In this document: in pieces, positions 8,415 to 16,000 of the stretch
Layout: the number at the start of each line of letters is the position of its first letter
Position numbering within the stretch: the first letter of the stretch is position 1
Source of the DNA: Clostridia bacterium
GTDB taxonomy: Bacteria; Bacillota; Clostridia; Oscillospirales; CAG-272
Direction: 5' to 3'
Assembly (NCBI GenBank): GCA_017416205.1
Contig: JAFQDC010000072.1
Location: forward strand, 65,874-129,873
DNA length: 64,000 nt
Position numbers and translations under genes: made by a program
Notes under the pieces: model-generated
Told to the model about the DNA's origin: nothing
The model's database searches: none
What the model saw: only the letters and a program-made list of their open reading frames with translations

Positions 8415-9986
8415 ATGAAGCTTGAAATATACGATACTACCCTCAGGGAGGGGGAGCAGAGTGCTGCGGTCTCCTTTACCCGTGAGGATAAAATTAAAAT
8501 AATAAAGGCTCTGGACTCTCTCGGTGTATCCTTCATCGAGGCGGGAATGGTGACGAGCGAGGAGGACGTTTCCTTTTTTGATAAGGTGGCAGACCTCTCT
8601 CTTGAGTGCGCACACCCTGTAGCATTCGGCGCTACCTGCCGTCCCTTTGAAAGGGCTGAGGATTGCGCGGCTCTTTCTATGCTTGCGAGAGTGAAGACCG
8701 ATACGGTGTGTATTTTCGGAAAGAGCTGGGACTATCAGGTGGATACCGTCCTCGGTACAACCAAGGAAGAAAACCTGAGAATGATACGTGATTCCATAAG
8801 TTTCCTTGTTTCAAGAAATAAGACCGTATTTTTCGATGCGGAGCATTTCTTTGACGGATACTCGGATGACTCGCAGTACGCCATTAAAGTGCTTGAGACC
8901 GCAAAAGAAGCGGGTGCTGAGCGAATCATTCTTTGCGATACAAACGGAGGTATGCTTCCCGATATTATCGGCTTGGCTTCAGCCCGTATTGCAAAGCTGT
9001 TCCCCGGACAGGTGGGCATCCATTGCCATAACGATCTTGGTATGGCAGAGGCGTGTACCGTATCTGCAGTGCTCAGCGGAGCCGTACAGGTGCAGGGAAC
9101 GGTTTCGGGAATCGGCGAGCGATGCGGAAATGCGAACATAAATACCCTCATTCCCATTCTTCAATTGAAGCTGGGATTTGACTGCATCGGGGATAGGATC
9201 GCCTCTCTAACTTCCACTGCGCGTTACATAAATGAAACAGCAAACCGCACCTTTGACGAAAAGGAGCCCTTTGTGGGCGGCTATGCCTTTACTCATAAGG
9301 CGGGAATGCATATAGACGGGGTTATGAAAAGCCCCCGCACCTTTGAGCACGTTTCTCCCGAGGCTGTGGGCAATTTGCGTAATATCGTCATAAGCTCCCT
9401 TTCGGGCAGAAGCGCAATGGCTGATAAGATGGCGAAGATATATCCCCATCTTGACAGAAACAGTCCCGAGGTGGCTATAGCTCTTGAATCCGTACGCAAA
9501 AAAGAGACGGCGGGATATACCTATGAGGATGCCGAGGCATCCCTTGCCCTTGTCATAAAGGAAGCTCTCGGTATGAGAAAGAACTATTTTGATCTTCTCC
9601 ATTTCAAGGTCATGACAGACGAGGATGCCGCAGGCGGCGAGAGCGCCTTTGATAAGATGCGCTCCACGGCTCTTATTAAAATATCCGTAGACGAAAAGGA
9701 AGAGCTGGCGGCGGCTGAGGGCAACGGTCCCGTAAACGCAATGGACAAGGCTCTCAGACAGGTGCTTTCAGCCTTTTACCCTGTTATTGATAATATGAAG
9801 CTTACGGACTTTAAGGTGCGCGTTTCCAGCGGAGGCGCCACTGCATCCGTTGTTCGCGTTGTTATCGAGTCTACAGACGGACGAAGCGTATGGCGTACCG
9901 TTGGTGTTTCCCCCGATATTATCAACGCAAGCTGGCAGGCACTTCGCGATTCCGTTGAATATATGCTTGATATGAATAATTTATAA
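8415..9986 (+). CDS. cimA: citramalate synthase-like IPMS-family paralog
   Basis: It has IYDTTLREGEQS, HCHNDLGMAEA and a long C-terminal regulatory domain. At ~523 aa it fits the CimA-type branch. The start was trimmed to ATG 8415. Confidence 0.65.
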   Translation: MKLEIYDTTLREGEQSAAVSFTREDKIKIIKALDSLGVSFIEAGMVTSEEDVSFFDKVADLSLECAHPVAFGATCRPFERAEDCAALSMLARVKTDTVCIFGKSWDYQVDTVLGTTKEENLRMIRDSISFLVSRNKTVFFDAEHFFDGYSDDSQYAIKVLETAKEAGAERIILCDTNGGMLPDIIGLASARIAKLFPGQVGIHCHNDLGMAEACTVSAVLSGAVQVQGTVSGIGERCGNANINTLIPILQLKLGFDCIGDRIASLTSTARYINETANRTFDEKEPFVGGYAFTHKAGMHIDGVMKSPRTFEHVSPEAVGNLRNIVISSLSGRSAMADKMAKIYPHLDRNSPEVAIALESVRKKETAGYTYEDAEASLALVIKEALGMRKNYFDLLHFKVMTDEDAAGGESAFDKMRSTALIKISVDEKEELAAAEGNGPVNAMDKALRQVLSAFYPVIDNMKLTDFKVRVSSGGATASVVRVVIESTDGRSVWRTVGVSPDIINASWQALRDSVEYMLDMNNL

Positions 9987-9997
9987 GAGGTGCGAAA

Positions 9998-10501
9998 ATG
10001 AAAAAACAGCCTGTACAGGTATCCCCCCGCGAGCTTGCAAAGGCAAGATATAATTCAGCCAGAGTAAATCTTCTTCTGATGCTTATACTCACTGCAGTAA
10101 ATATTGTGCTTTTGTTTGTGAATTCCGGTTATATGCTTCTGTTTTCCGCAACGGTGCCCTATCTTATAGTGGCGTTCAGCGGTATGTCTAATATGATCGA
10201 AGGAATTGTGGTGAGCGTATGTATTGCCGCAATCATTGTTCTTGTCTATTTCCTTTGCTGGATATTCTCAAAAAAGAGCTATGGCTGGATGATAGCAGCA
10301 CTTGTTCTTTTCTCAATAGACACGGTCGTTCTGGTAGCATTTTACGTGTTCGCAGGTGAGTTTTCCGGCATACTTGATTTTGTGATCCACGCACTTGTGC
10401 TTTACTATCTCATAATTGGAACGGTAAGCGGAGTAAAGCTTTCCCGCCTTCCCGAGGAGGAAGAGACAGTAGAGGAAGAAGCAGTAACAGAAGAAGAGTA
10501 A
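9998..10501 (+). CDS. hypothetical membrane protein (about 4 TM helices, acidic tail)
   Basis: There are hydrophobic helices throughout and a C-terminal EEEETVEEEAVTEEE tail. The RBS is agaggtg upstream. I recognise no family. Confidence 0.55.
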   Translation: MKKQPVQVSPRELAKARYNSARVNLLLMLILTAVNIVLLFVNSGYMLLFSATVPYLIVAFSGMSNMIEGIVVSVCIAAIIVLVYFLCWIFSKKSYGWMIAALVLFSIDTVVLVAFYVFAGEFSGILDFVIHALVLYYLIIGTVSGVKLSRLPEEEETVEEEAVTEEE

Positions 10502-10508
10502 ATCAGAA

Positions 10509-10549
10509 TAAAAACGGATAGAATGAGATCTCATTCTATCCGTTTTTTT
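10509..10549. terminator. bidirectional intrinsic terminator between convergent genes
   Basis: A perfect hairpin ACGGATAGAATGAGatcTCATTCTATCCGT is flanked by an A-run on the left and a T-run on the right. Confidence 0.75.
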
Positions 10550-10585
10550 GTTTAAATTAATTTTGAGGTGAAGGGCTGATACGCA

Positions 10586-10661
10586 GAAACTTTTTTGAGA
10601 AAAAGTTTCCGCACCTTCAAAAAACTTTGAAAAAACAGTATTTTTTGAAGTTTTTTGGGGG
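10586..10661. repeat. A/T-tract palindromic repeat (related copy at 15721-15858)
   Basis: It contains hairpin GAAACTTTTTTgagAAAAAGTTTC and the near-palindrome CAAAAAACTTTGAAAAAA...TTTTTTGAAGTTTTTTG. The 18-nt core TTTGAAGTTTTTTGGGGG (10644-10661) recurs at 15812-15829 with 1 mismatch. Confidence 0.6.
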
Positions 10662-10683
10662 CAAAAAGCCTTCGCATAATAGA

Positions 10684-11709
10684 TCAAAGCAAGCTTATAA
10701 GATACTCAACGGCCTCGGGGGGAGTTGCCCAGCTTGTGGTGATACGGACAAGGGAGTTACCTTCACCCATAGGGCCCCAGTTATCAAGGACTACTTTATC
10801 TGAAAGTTCTTCAAGCTTTTCGTCGTTCATAATAAAGAACTGCTGATTTGTGGGAGAATCGTTATAGGGCTCGTATCCCTTCTCGATCATAGCACCTCTG
10901 AGGTGTATTGCAAGACTGACCGCGTGTGCGGCGATGCTCTCATATAGTCCGTCTGAGAAAAGCTCGTCAAACTGGATACCAAGCATTCTGCCCTTTGCAA
11001 GAAGGGCGCCGTGCTGCTTTATCTCCGTAAAGAAGCAGGGGGAAATGGAAGGGTCGGGGAATACTACAGCCTCGCCGAAAAGGGCGCCGCACTTTGTTCC
11101 GCCGATATAGAAGGCGTCGCAGTATCTTGCAATAACGGGAAGCGTAACGTCGCTGTCCTCTGCCGCAAGACCGTATGCAAGGCGGGCGCCGTCAAGAAAC
11201 AGCCTCATGCCGTATCTGTCGCAGACTCCTCTGAGCCTTCTTATCTCCTCCTCGGTGTATAGCGTACCATACTCGGAGGGGTGGGATATGTATATTGCTC
11301 CGGGGCGCACCATATGAGTGTTGGTGGCATCGGCATAAAATGATGCCATATAGTATTCAGCCGCCGAAGGGTCTACCTTGCCGTTAACGGCGGGGATAGT
11401 TATGACCTTGTGACCTGAATATTCAATAGCTCCCGCCTCGTGAACGCTGACGTGGCCCGTGTCGGCGGCGAGAACGCCCTCGTAGCCGCGAAGAATGGAA
11501 TCCAGCACCGTGTAGTTTGCCTGAGTTCCTCCAACGAGGAAATATACTGCCGCGTCGGGGCAGTGGCAGGCGGATCTGATCTTTTCTTTGGCAGAAAAGC
11601 AGATCTCATCGGCGCCGTATCCGGGAGTCTGGGAAAGATTTGTTTCTGTAAGTCTTTTGATTATATTTTCGTGTGCACCCTCAAGATAGTCGCAATTAAA
11701 TCTGTACAT
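10684..11709 (-). CDS. threonine aldolase-like PLP-dependent enzyme (beta-eliminating lyase family)
   Basis: Length and motifs fit low-specificity threonine aldolases: LVGGTQANYTVL, HVSVHEAGAIE, and the probable PLP lysine in YIGGTKCG. Confidence 0.7.
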   Translation of the reverse strand: MYRFNCDYLEGAHENIIKRLTETNLSQTPGYGADEICFSAKEKIRSACHCPDAAVYFLVGGTQANYTVLDSILRGYEGVLAADTGHVSVHEAGAIEYSGHKVITIPAVNGKVDPSAAEYYMASFYADATNTHMVRPGAIYISHPSEYGTLYTEEEIRRLRGVCDRYGMRLFLDGARLAYGLAAEDSDVTLPVIARYCDAFYIGGTKCGALFGEAVVFPDPSISPCFFTEIKQHGALLAKGRMLGIQFDELFSDGLYESIAAHAVSLAIHLRGAMIEKGYEPYNDSPTNQQFFIMNDEKLEELSDKVVLDNWGPMGEGNSLVRITTSWATPPEAVEYLISLL

Positions 11710-11720
11710 AGCTTTATCCT

Positions 11721-12242
11721 TTATATGATTTTTCTTTTTTCAAGTGTTCGTGAAAGCAGCACTGCAAGAAGTGCAAAGCAGAGGTCCTTAATGATAAACC
11801 CAAGGCTCGAGGTGAGAAATGCTGCTCCGATGCCCACATCGGTAACGAATGAATACCATAGCACACCGAAAAGGTGGCATAAAATAAGGCCGGGAACGCA
11901 AAGGGCAATGCGCCAAAAAAGCTTTTTTTCCTTTCCGAGCCCCGCAAAAAAGGCAAGGGGAAGAAATCCTACAATAAATCCTCCCGTAGGCCCGGCCATT
12001 ACTCCGGCTCCTCCCTGAAATCCCGTAAAAACGGGAAGACCGATGCAGCCCAGAGCAATATAGACAAGAACGGAGACAGCTCCTCTCCACTTGCCGAGAG
12101 CCGATCCCGAAAGGCACACTGCAAAGGTTTGAAAGGTCAGGGGAACTGTGAGAAAGGGAAGTGGTATCTGCCAAACTGAAATAGCAGCTATCATTGCCGC
12201 CATAAGGCCAACGAAGGCTGTGCTTTTGATCCTTGAATTCAT
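11721..12242 (-). CDS. bioY: biotin transporter BioY (ECF S-component)
   Basis: VPLTFQTFAVCLSG...GLPVFTGFQGGAGVMAGPTGGFIVGF is the hallmark BioY sequence. The protein is 173 aa with about 6 TM helices. Confidence 0.85.
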   Translation of the reverse strand: MNSRIKSTAFVGLMAAMIAAISVWQIPLPFLTVPLTFQTFAVCLSGSALGKWRGAVSVLVYIALGCIGLPVFTGFQGGAGVMAGPTGGFIVGFLPLAFFAGLGKEKKLFWRIALCVPGLILCHLFGVLWYSFVTDVGIGAAFLTSSLGFIIKDLCFALLAVLLSRTLEKRKII

Positions 12243-12338
12243 AATAACCTTGTTTTTATTCTTTATTAAACATATTTTATACTATCCAAAAGTGTATGTC
12301 AATAGAAAAAAGCACTGCAAGGGAAGGCCACACAACGG

Positions 12339-12385
12339 AAATGTGAACTGAAAAAACAGTAAAAAATCACAGAATGTTCACATTT
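12339..12385. promoter_or_regulatory. 10-bp inverted repeat AAATGTGAAC-N27-GTTCACATTT in the bioY/VTC divergent promoter region
   Basis: The arms are perfect, at 12339-12348 and 12376-12385, about 100-140 nt upstream of the bioY start. It is a possible repressor operator (BirA- or BioQ-type). The spacing is longer than the BirA sites I remember. Confidence 0.3.
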
Positions 12386-12447
12386 CACTCAGCTGAATTT
12401 TAGATGAGGATGCTATCATTCAAGCAAGAACACAGAGCGGAGGAAGT

Positions 12448-13152
12448 ATGGCGTTCAAAACGGTATTTAACAGATATGAGCTGAAATATATGCTGACAGA
12501 AGAGCAAAAGGCCCGTCTGCTTTCGTATATGTCTCAGTATACAGTCCCCGACAAATATAAAAACAGCACCATACGCAACGTATATTTCGATACGGAAAGC
12601 TACCGTCTTATACGCCGCTCCATGGAAAAGCCGAAATATAAGGAAAAGCTGAGGATACGAAGCTACGAAAAGGCCCTTGACGACAGCACGGTTTTTGTTG
12701 AGATCAAAAAGAAATACGATCACGTGGTGTATAAAAGGCGCCTGTATATGACAGAAAACGATGCAATGCAGTGGATATGTAACGGTAAGCAACCCGCAGA
12801 GCGGTCTCAGATCGGAGATGAGATAGACTATTTTATCTCATTTTACAGGAGCCTGCACCCGACCGTGTTTTTGTCCTATGACAGGGAAGCTTTCGTGTCA
12901 GTCTTGGCCGACGATCTTCGTATCACATTTGATACGGATATTCGGGCTCGGCTTTCCGATCTTTCCTTGCGACATGCCCCGGGAGGAGAGCTCCTGCTTC
13001 CCGAGGGTAGGGTTCTTATGGAAATAAAGACTGCAGGGGCAATACCCTTGTGGCTATGTCGCTTTCTTTCAGAGGAGCGTCTTTATAAAACGTCGTTCTC
13101 AAAATACGGGACGGCATACGAAAAGCTTATTTTTGATAAAAGAGGAACATAA
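12448..13152 (+). CDS. VTC-domain (polyphosphate polymerase-like, triphosphate tunnel) protein
   Basis: FNRYELKYML...RNVYFDTESYRLIRRS...KEKLRIRSY...VEIKKK matches the bacterial VTC/CYTH-like signature. Confidence 0.8.
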   Translation: MAFKTVFNRYELKYMLTEEQKARLLSYMSQYTVPDKYKNSTIRNVYFDTESYRLIRRSMEKPKYKEKLRIRSYEKALDDSTVFVEIKKKYDHVVYKRRLYMTENDAMQWICNGKQPAERSQIGDEIDYFISFYRSLHPTVFLSYDREAFVSVLADDLRITFDTDIRARLSDLSLRHAPGGELLLPEGRVLMEIKTAGAIPLWLCRFLSEERLYKTSFSKYGTAYEKLIFDKRGT

Positions 13153-13154
13153 AA

Positions 13155-13850
13155 ATGGAAAACACACTTTTTAAGGGAATATTTGATACTGATATGACGA
13201 AAGTTATAGACGTTAAGGATTTCCTTTTGTGCATCGGTGTCGCTCTCGTTATCGGTCTTATAACTGCGGTCTGCTATATGGTAAAGAACAGGTATACGGG
13301 CAGCTTTGTTGTGACCCTTGCAATTCTTCCTGCCGTTGTTTGCGTGGTTATTATGATGGTAAACGGAAATATCGGAGCAGGAGTTGCTGTTGCGGGCGCG
13401 TTCAGCCTTGTCCGTTTTCGCTCAGCACCGGGAACGGCAAAGGAGATCGGAATGATATTCCTTGCAATGGGCGCGGGACTTATTTGCGGTATGGGCTATC
13501 TCGGATATGCGCTTATGTTCACGGTGATAATGTGCGCAGTCTTCATCCTTTACAGCCTTGCAGGCTTTGGAAAGGGAAAAGCGCTTGGAAGATACAAGAC
13601 TATGAGCATCACGATCCCCGAGGATCTTAATTATACTGAGGCTTTTGAGGACATATTTGATGAATACACCAAAAGCCGTGAGCTTGTGAGAACAAAGACT
13701 ACCAATATGGGAAGTCTTTTCCGTCTTACATACAGTATTTCCCTGAAGGATCCTTCCCTTGAAAAGGAATTTATAGATAAGTTGCGCACAAGAAACGGAA
13801 ATCTTGAAATATCTATCTCAAATCAGGATACTCAGGCCCCTGAGCTTTAA
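13155..13850 (+). CDS. DUF4956 family membrane protein
   Basis: It has TM helices and the motif AFSLVRFRSAPGTAKEIGMIFLAMGAGLICGMGY. It starts 2 nt after the VTC gene, which is the usual pairing. Confidence 0.75.
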   Translation: MENTLFKGIFDTDMTKVIDVKDFLLCIGVALVIGLITAVCYMVKNRYTGSFVVTLAILPAVVCVVIMMVNGNIGAGVAVAGAFSLVRFRSAPGTAKEIGMIFLAMGAGLICGMGYLGYALMFTVIMCAVFILYSLAGFGKGKALGRYKTMSITIPEDLNYTEAFEDIFDEYTKSRELVRTKTTNMGSLFRLTYSISLKDPSLEKEFIDKLRTRNGNLEISISNQDTQAPEL

Positions 13851-13859
13851 GGAGGATAT

Positions 13860-15650
13860 ATGAAGAATAAAATAAAGCTCATTTCTCTCTTTCTTTCAGC
13901 CCTGCTCCTTTGCTCCTGCGGGTCAAAGAATGCACCTGCCGACAGTACTGAGAGCACAAAGGCCTCCCCTGTCACGGAATTGACAGAGGAGAAAATATCA
14001 AAAATGTTTACAGAGCGTGATCTTGACTGTGATCCATCTGATGAAAAAAGTGCTGAAATTGAGCTTATGGGTACTACGGCAAGCTCTTCTTCCGATGCGG
14101 TAAATATCTCCGGCAGCACGGTGACGATCACCGACGAGGGCACTTATTTAATTACAGGCGAGCTTTCAGACGGTATGCTGTGCGTGGATGCAGGCAAGGA
14201 CGATAAGGTGCATCTTGTTTTTGATAAAGCTCAGATAAAGAGCAGTACAGATGCTCCCCTGTATATCCTCGAGGCTGATAAGGTTGTGGTGACCCTTGCA
14301 GACAAAAGCGAGAACCTTCTTGAAAACGGCGGAAGCTTTGAAATTAGAGATGATAATAATATTGACGGAGCAGTTTTCTCAAAGGCAGACCTTACCTTAA
14401 ACGGCACGGGAAGCCTGCAGGTGATATCCCCTGCAGGTCACGGCATCGTTTGTAAGGATGATCTTGTGATTTGCGGCGGTGCTTACACCGTGGATTCTCA
14501 GAGCCACGGCATCGATGCAAACGACAGCGTGCGCCTCAGAGAATGCAGTCTTACTGTATCCTCGGGAAAGGATGCGATCCACGCGGAAAACTCCGATGAT
14601 GCTTCTCTTGGATTCGTGTATATACGTAGCGCCGCGCTTGATGCAGTTTGCGAGGGAGACGGTATATCCGCATCCTCATATATGCAGATCGAGGACGGAG
14701 ATTTTAAGATAGTTGCAGGCGGCGGATATGAAAACGGAGAAAACAAGGTATCCGAGAACTTCGGCGGCTTTATGGGCGGCCGCGGCCCCGGAAAAAACGG
14801 CTTTGGCACGGATATTTCCGAAACGGAGAATGAAGAGAGCACCAGTATGAAGGGCTTGAAATCTTCAGGTAATATGACAGTCAACGGAGGCAGTTTCAAT
14901 ATAGATTCTGCGGATGACTGCGTTCATTCAAACGCATCTCTCACAGTAAATTCAGGGGTATTTTCACTTCTCAGCGGAGACGACGGCTTTCATGCAGATG
15001 AGTCTCTTACAGTCGTTGACGGCGAGATAAAGATATCCGAAAGCTATGAGGGACTTGAGGCCTTGGATATATCTATCCTCGGCGCTGATATCAGCCTTTG
15101 CGCATCGGATGACGGACTTAATGCGGCAGGAGGCAATGATGAAAGCGGCTTTGGCGGAGGCCGAGGAGACAAATTCGGCCCCGGAGGCGGCTTTGGAGGT
15201 CCCGGCGGGATGGGGCAAAGCTCGGGCGGTAGCATAGTGATCTCCGGCGGAAAGCTTTATATCGAGGCTATGGGCGATGGAATAGATGCCAACGGCACTC
15301 TTGAAATAACGGGTGGATATACCGTAGTGTGCGGCCCCTCACAGGGTGACACGGCGACTCTTGACTATGACACGAGCGCTAAAATATCAGGCGGAACGTT
15401 TATTGGAACGGGAGGGGCCGGAATGGCACAGACCTTTTCTGATGCCTCTCAGGGCGTGATTGCCGTCTCCGTAGGCAATCAGCAGGCAAAAGCTGCGCTT
15501 TCGGTGTCAGATTCAAAGGGCAACGTAATATGCAACACAGCTCCCGAGCTATCCTTTGCCGTTTGCATAATTTCATCCCCTGATATAGAAAAAGGCGAGA
15601 GCTATACTCTCACCATAGGGGATATGTCAGACACAGTGGTGGCTCAGTGA
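13860..15650 (+). CDS. secreted lipoprotein with Cthe_2159-like beta-helix (carbohydrate-binding domain protein)
   Basis: It has the lipobox LLLCSCGS and repeated turns HGIVCKDDL / HGIDANDS / KDAIHAEN / GDGISASS / DDCVHSNAS / DDGFHADES / DDGLNAAGG / GDGIDANGT. A Gly-rich insert lies near 15120-15235. Confidence 0.7.
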   Translation: MKNKIKLISLFLSALLLCSCGSKNAPADSTESTKASPVTELTEEKISKMFTERDLDCDPSDEKSAEIELMGTTASSSSDAVNISGSTVTITDEGTYLITGELSDGMLCVDAGKDDKVHLVFDKAQIKSSTDAPLYILEADKVVVTLADKSENLLENGGSFEIRDDNNIDGAVFSKADLTLNGTGSLQVISPAGHGIVCKDDLVICGGAYTVDSQSHGIDANDSVRLRECSLTVSSGKDAIHAENSDDASLGFVYIRSAALDAVCEGDGISASSYMQIEDGDFKIVAGGGYENGENKVSENFGGFMGGRGPGKNGFGTDISETENEESTSMKGLKSSGNMTVNGGSFNIDSADDCVHSNASLTVNSGVFSLLSGDDGFHADESLTVVDGEIKISESYEGLEALDISILGADISLCASDDGLNAAGGNDESGFGGGRGDKFGPGGGFGGPGGMGQSSGGSIVISGGKLYIEAMGDGIDANGTLEITGGYTVVCGPSQGDTATLDYDTSAKISGGTFIGTGGAGMAQTFSDASQGVIAVSVGNQQAKAALSVSDSKGNVICNTAPELSFAVCIISSPDIEKGESYTLTIGDMSDTVVAQ

Positions 15651-15655
15651 AGAAA

Positions 15656-15690
15656 AAAGCCTATCGCAAGCAGATGCGATGGGCTTTTTG
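15656..15690 (+). terminator. intrinsic terminator of the VTC operon (also copy 2 of the 4684 repeat module, 15654-15715)
   Basis: The hairpin AAAGCCTATCGCAagcagaTGCGATGGGCTTT is followed by TTTTG. Confidence 0.7.
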
Positions 15691-15720
15691 CTATAATCAT
15701 CAAATTTTGGTTTATATGTC

Positions 15721-15858
15721 GCTTTTTTGTAAAAAAGCTCCGCAAAAAACTTCAAACTATGGGTAATAAAGAATGACAAAGTATACCTATAGACAACTTA
15801 TTAATCCCTTTTTTGAAGTTTTTCGGGGGTGTGGGGGCCTTTTTTCAAAAAGGCTCCC
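15721..15858. repeat. A/T-tract palindromic repeat cluster
   Basis: It contains hairpins GCTTTTTTgtAAAAAAGC and GGGGCCTTTTTtcAAAAAGGCTCCC. Inverted arms CGCAAAAAACTTCAAA (15741-15756) and TTTGAAGTTTTTCGGGG (15812-15828) are about 55 nt apart. Confidence 0.6.
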
Positions 15859-15953
15859 ACGTATATCTCCCCAACAAACCGTAATTTGATGAACGAAAAA
15901 CAAGCAGAAACCCGACTCGGCGGATTTCAAAATCACTTTTTTTCTTTAACAAC

Positions 15954-15987
15954 AAAAAGCTGTCGCAATAAATTGCAACAGCTTTTT
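15954..15987 (-). terminator. intrinsic terminator downstream of ispH-S1
   Basis: AAAAAGCTGTCGCAAtaaaTTGCAACAGCTTTTT is flanked by T-rich sequence on the minus strand, 14 nt after the stop at 16001. Confidence 0.7.
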
Positions 15988-16000
15988 GTTGTTAATTTAA

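Noticed and set aside
13229-13630. 133-aa alternative-frame ORF inside the DUF4956 gene
   Set aside because: The Cys/Arg-rich translation is typical of an off-frame reading, whereas the annotated frame has TM helices and the family motif.
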